From a virus (lineage: Duplodnaviria; Caudoviricetes): a DNA stretch of 64,000 nucleotides. The translations under genes and the position numbers were made by a program. This document shows, piece after piece, positions 63,831-64,000 of the stretch; the stretch's first letter is position 1, and every line of letters starts with the position of its first letter. The notes beneath the pieces are model-generated. The model searched no databases and was not told where the DNA came from. It saw only the letters and a list, made by a program, of their open reading frames with translations. Where the stretch lies: the IMG/VR virus record IMGVR_UViG_3300032309_002614, positions 1 through 64,000 of that record. The stretch is one strand, 5' to 3'.

Positions 63831-64000
63831 AATTCGATAGTCACAATAAAAAAATACTATTACTTTCTGATCTTCACAATAATATTGAGAAGTTTAATAA
63901 GATTATTCAGCACGAATCGGCAGACATAAACCTTTGTCTCGGCGATTGGTTTGATAGTTTTAATTTGGATGATTCCGATGATTATAAAAAGACTGCTGAT
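63827..64000 (+). CDS. Metallophosphoesterase, 5' part (truncated by window)
   Basis: LLSDLHNN and LGDWFD motifs. Confidence 0.8.
   Translation, partial: MKFDSHNKKILLLSDLHNNIEKFNKIIQHESADINLCLGDWFDSFNLDDSDDYKKTAD

Noticed and set aside
1-64000. Alternative genetic code (stop-codon reassignment)
   Set aside because: Known genes are full-length in the standard code; TAA, TGA and TAG (31826-28) all end genes; no suppressor tRNA seen.

Overview
64-kb segment of a large, AT-rich (about 30% GC by eye) tailed bacteriophage genome read in the standard genetic code. Almost everything is on the + strand except one inverted block (2758-6299). In order: (1) the 3' end of a tail fibre with collagen-like GSSGTS repeats and an S74-type chaperone domain, a GT25, and a probable tail-tube-like protein; (2) a minus-strand block with Hsp20, GT4, a phage sigma factor and a dNMP kinase; (3) a 13-kb glycan island with glycosyltransferases, methyltransferases, RfbH, NDP-sugar dehydratase, a TPP-enzyme pair, Fcl and Gmd; (4) nrdB and intein-containing nrdA; (5) a cluster of small putative head-associated proteins; (6) a bacterial-type replisome (RecA, DnaB, DnaG, PD-(D/E)XK nuclease) with a DnaE polymerase in pieces, including a naturally split intein with a free-standing endonuclease between its halves; (7) a ClpC-like ATPase, an FtsZ/tubulin-like GTPase, SSB-like proteins and dUTPase; (8) three tRNAs, two of them unusual; (9) candidate lysis genes, an outer-membrane beta-barrel, UvsE, rIIA/rIIB, a C5 methyltransferase and several HNH endonucleases. 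Non-coding signals read directly from the sequence: a recurrent GTGTA(A/T) motif usually 14 nt upstream of start codons, sigma70-like promoters placed for near-leaderless mRNAs, a consensus sigma54 promoter on Hsp20, and a ~115-nt structured RNA with mutually exclusive terminator/antiterminator folds upstream of a frameshifted HNH gene. The host is probably a diderm bacterium (lipoprotein, beta-barrel, sigma54); Verrucomicrobiota is a weak guess only. All family assignments come from motif recognition by eye, not database searches. No CRISPR array was seen.
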